From NCBI RefSeq assembly GCF_018977255.1, contig NW_024704749.1:16740001-16804000 (forward strand): a DNA stretch of 64,000 nt, in the 5' to 3' direction. Each line of letters starts with the position of its first letter. Within the stretch, counting starts at the first letter, position 1. Shown here piece after piece: positions 62,450 to 64,000 of this stretch. Made by a program: the position numbers and the translations under genes. The stretch is from Callorhinchus milii (taxonomy: Eukaryota). The notes beneath the pieces were generated by a model. That model was not told the origin of the DNA and did no database searches. It worked only from the letters and a program-made list of their open reading frames with translations.

Positions 62450-62600
62450 AAGTTGACTAAGGCTATTTGGTCTAGAAAAGCAAATGCCTTAGAGGGGATT
62501 TTATAGAGGTTTATCAGAGGAAGCCTTAATAGCTATATAAGATGCTGAATGGGATTGGGAAATTAATACTTATGACAAGCAGTAGGTGGGAAACACAAAG
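62450..62600 (+). mobile_element. CR1 RT C-terminal remnant
   Basis: ctatttggtctagaaaagc..ttagaggggattttatagaggtttat corresponds to LFSLEKRRLRGDLIEVY. Confidence 0.65.
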
Positions 62601-62817
62601 CCATGTGTGTAAATATCGCCATTGAATCCTCCCCTCTCTTTTCAGCTCAGCGTCAAACCACACTATTGCTAAAGTGCTCCGAGATGCTTCGCAGGTGAAG
62701 AACACTATATAAATGCCCGTTGCTGTTCAAACATCTTCTAAATCTCACTTTTAAGTTAAATAAAAATTTTGAAAAGTTAACATCGAATGGCTTCATCAAC
62801 GTCACTGGCTATAGTGT

Positions 62818-62915
62818 TCTGACAAAGGATCGTGGACCCAAAACGTTGACTCACTTTCCTTTCTTCAAAAAAGGTGCCTGACCTGCTGAGTGTTCCCAGC
62901 AACTTCTGTTTTTGT
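62818..62915 (+). mobile_element. Penelope-like terminal repeat fragment
   Basis: ctgacaaagg...aaacgttgac...cctgacctgctgagtgttcccagc...ttctgttttt, a repeat I recall as common in shark genomes. Confidence 0.55.
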
Positions 62916-62976
62916 CACTGGTTATAGGTTTAGTGAACGGCGTCTCAGTCTTAATTATTATTTGTGACTTGCTTAC

Positions 62977-63102
62977 CAGAATAATGTCAACCTGATCCCT
63001 TTTGCTCTTTCCGTACTTTGTCAATTTCTGGAGTTTCCACTTCATTTCCAGATCATTTCTGTCCAGATTTAGCAGCTTTAGCACTTTGCCTTGGACAAAT
63101 AA
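62977..63102 (-). CDS. ccdc187: Penultimate exon of the CEP350-like/CCDC187 gene (LFVQGKVLKLLNLDRNDLEMKWKLQKLTKYGKSKRDQVDIIL)
   Basis: Acceptor tttcag, donor gtaagc, 126 nt, phase 0 to 0, joining the terminal exon in frame. K.G..KRD.VD.IL resembles CEP350. Confidence 0.78.
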
Positions 63103-63699
63103 CTGAAATAAAACAGTGTGATAAGTCATTCTTTAAGCTATAGATCATTCACATCTCAAATGAACATGGGCAGGATGAGATCCACCCCAAATGCCTCAAA
63201 CTTGGAGATCTGCCCTCAAACATTGCCCTGACTGTCCAGCACCTTGGGATGTCCTCCCGACGTGAAGGGCACTATACAAAGGTAATGTTGTTGTTGTTGT
63301 AGATGGCAGCATGTTGAAGAAATTGTGCATTTTGCTGACTGTGAATCCGAGCAATAATGTGAAGTTAATGAAACTAAACTGATTGTTGTGGATCAGGAAG
63401 TGAAAAAGAGAGTTTAGACTATCTATTTACAACTGAGCAAACTTCAAAGTAAAAAAGTGGACCGTGTAATGTACCTTCACCTCATTAACATCCTCTGTGT
63501 TGAAAGTGGACAAAGTGAGCCTGATGGCTTTCGCTTCACACAAGGGTAATGGGTGGATTCGGAGTCCTTCATGAAAAGGTTTTGAAAGATGTCACAAGTC
63601 AAATCCAGTACAGCCTGGAAGAGAAAGAGCAAGCAAGTCATACATCACACTCAGCAAAAAAAAAAAAAGTTTTTTCTTTGGATCCTCAAATGAGTGATA

Positions 63700-63978
63700 A
63701 ACTCAGGTGGATGTTAAAGAAACCGGGACACAATTCAAAAAGAGAATGGGGTTTCTGCTGGTGTCCTGGCCAACAATCCCCCAGATGATAGTGATCATTC
63801 TTCTCCTGACTGTTTGTGGATCATTGCTGTGTGCAAATTGGCTTCCGCATTTGCCTAAAATTACACAGTCAATACACTTTACAGAAACTTTAGGGAAAGC
63901 GCTTTGAGCCAATCTCCATGTTATGGGTACATAGGTATAATGCGATATCAAATGCAAGAATTATTAATGTTATTATTT
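63700..63978 (+). mobile_element. Deu-domain SINE with intact 3' tail
   Basis: ctcaggtggatgttaaaga...gtgtcctggccaacaatccc...ttgctgtgtgcaaattggc...aaatgcaagaattatt. Confidence 0.75.
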
Positions 63979-64000
63979 TAGCATTGTTTTTAGGCTCCAC

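Overview
This is vertebrate genomic DNA, most likely a cartilaginous fish such as a chimaera (inferred from the repeat families, not proven). It carries three minus-strand, head-to-tail genes, which I reconstructed exon by exon from GT-AG boundaries and reading phase. (1) The complete coding region of lhx3 (LIM-homeodomain), with two alternative first exons: 1a at 20055-20127 gives 391 aa and 1b at 13557-13653 gives 399 aa. (2) A complete 12-exon qsox2 (sulfhydryl oxidase, 2049 nt CDS, 682 aa) spanning 28934-59333, with a CpG-island promoter. (3) The last two coding exons (62001-63102) of a CEP350-like gene in the position of CCDC187; its terminal exon is absent from the ORF track. The order mirrors the CEP350-QSOX1-LHX4 paralogon. 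The non-coding DNA holds four full-length tRNA-Ala-derived SINEs, many SINE tails, older Deu-domain SINEs, L2, CR1 and Penelope remnants, a TA-flanked MITE, many simple repeats and three assembly gaps. I found no convincing new biological system. The best leads are the CEP350-like C-terminus, an inverted pair of young SINEs between that gene and the qsox2 promoter, a Cys-to-Trp change in QSOX2, and a roughly 25 kb CpG-retaining domain over lhx3. Family assignments rest on recalled sequences and need database confirmation.
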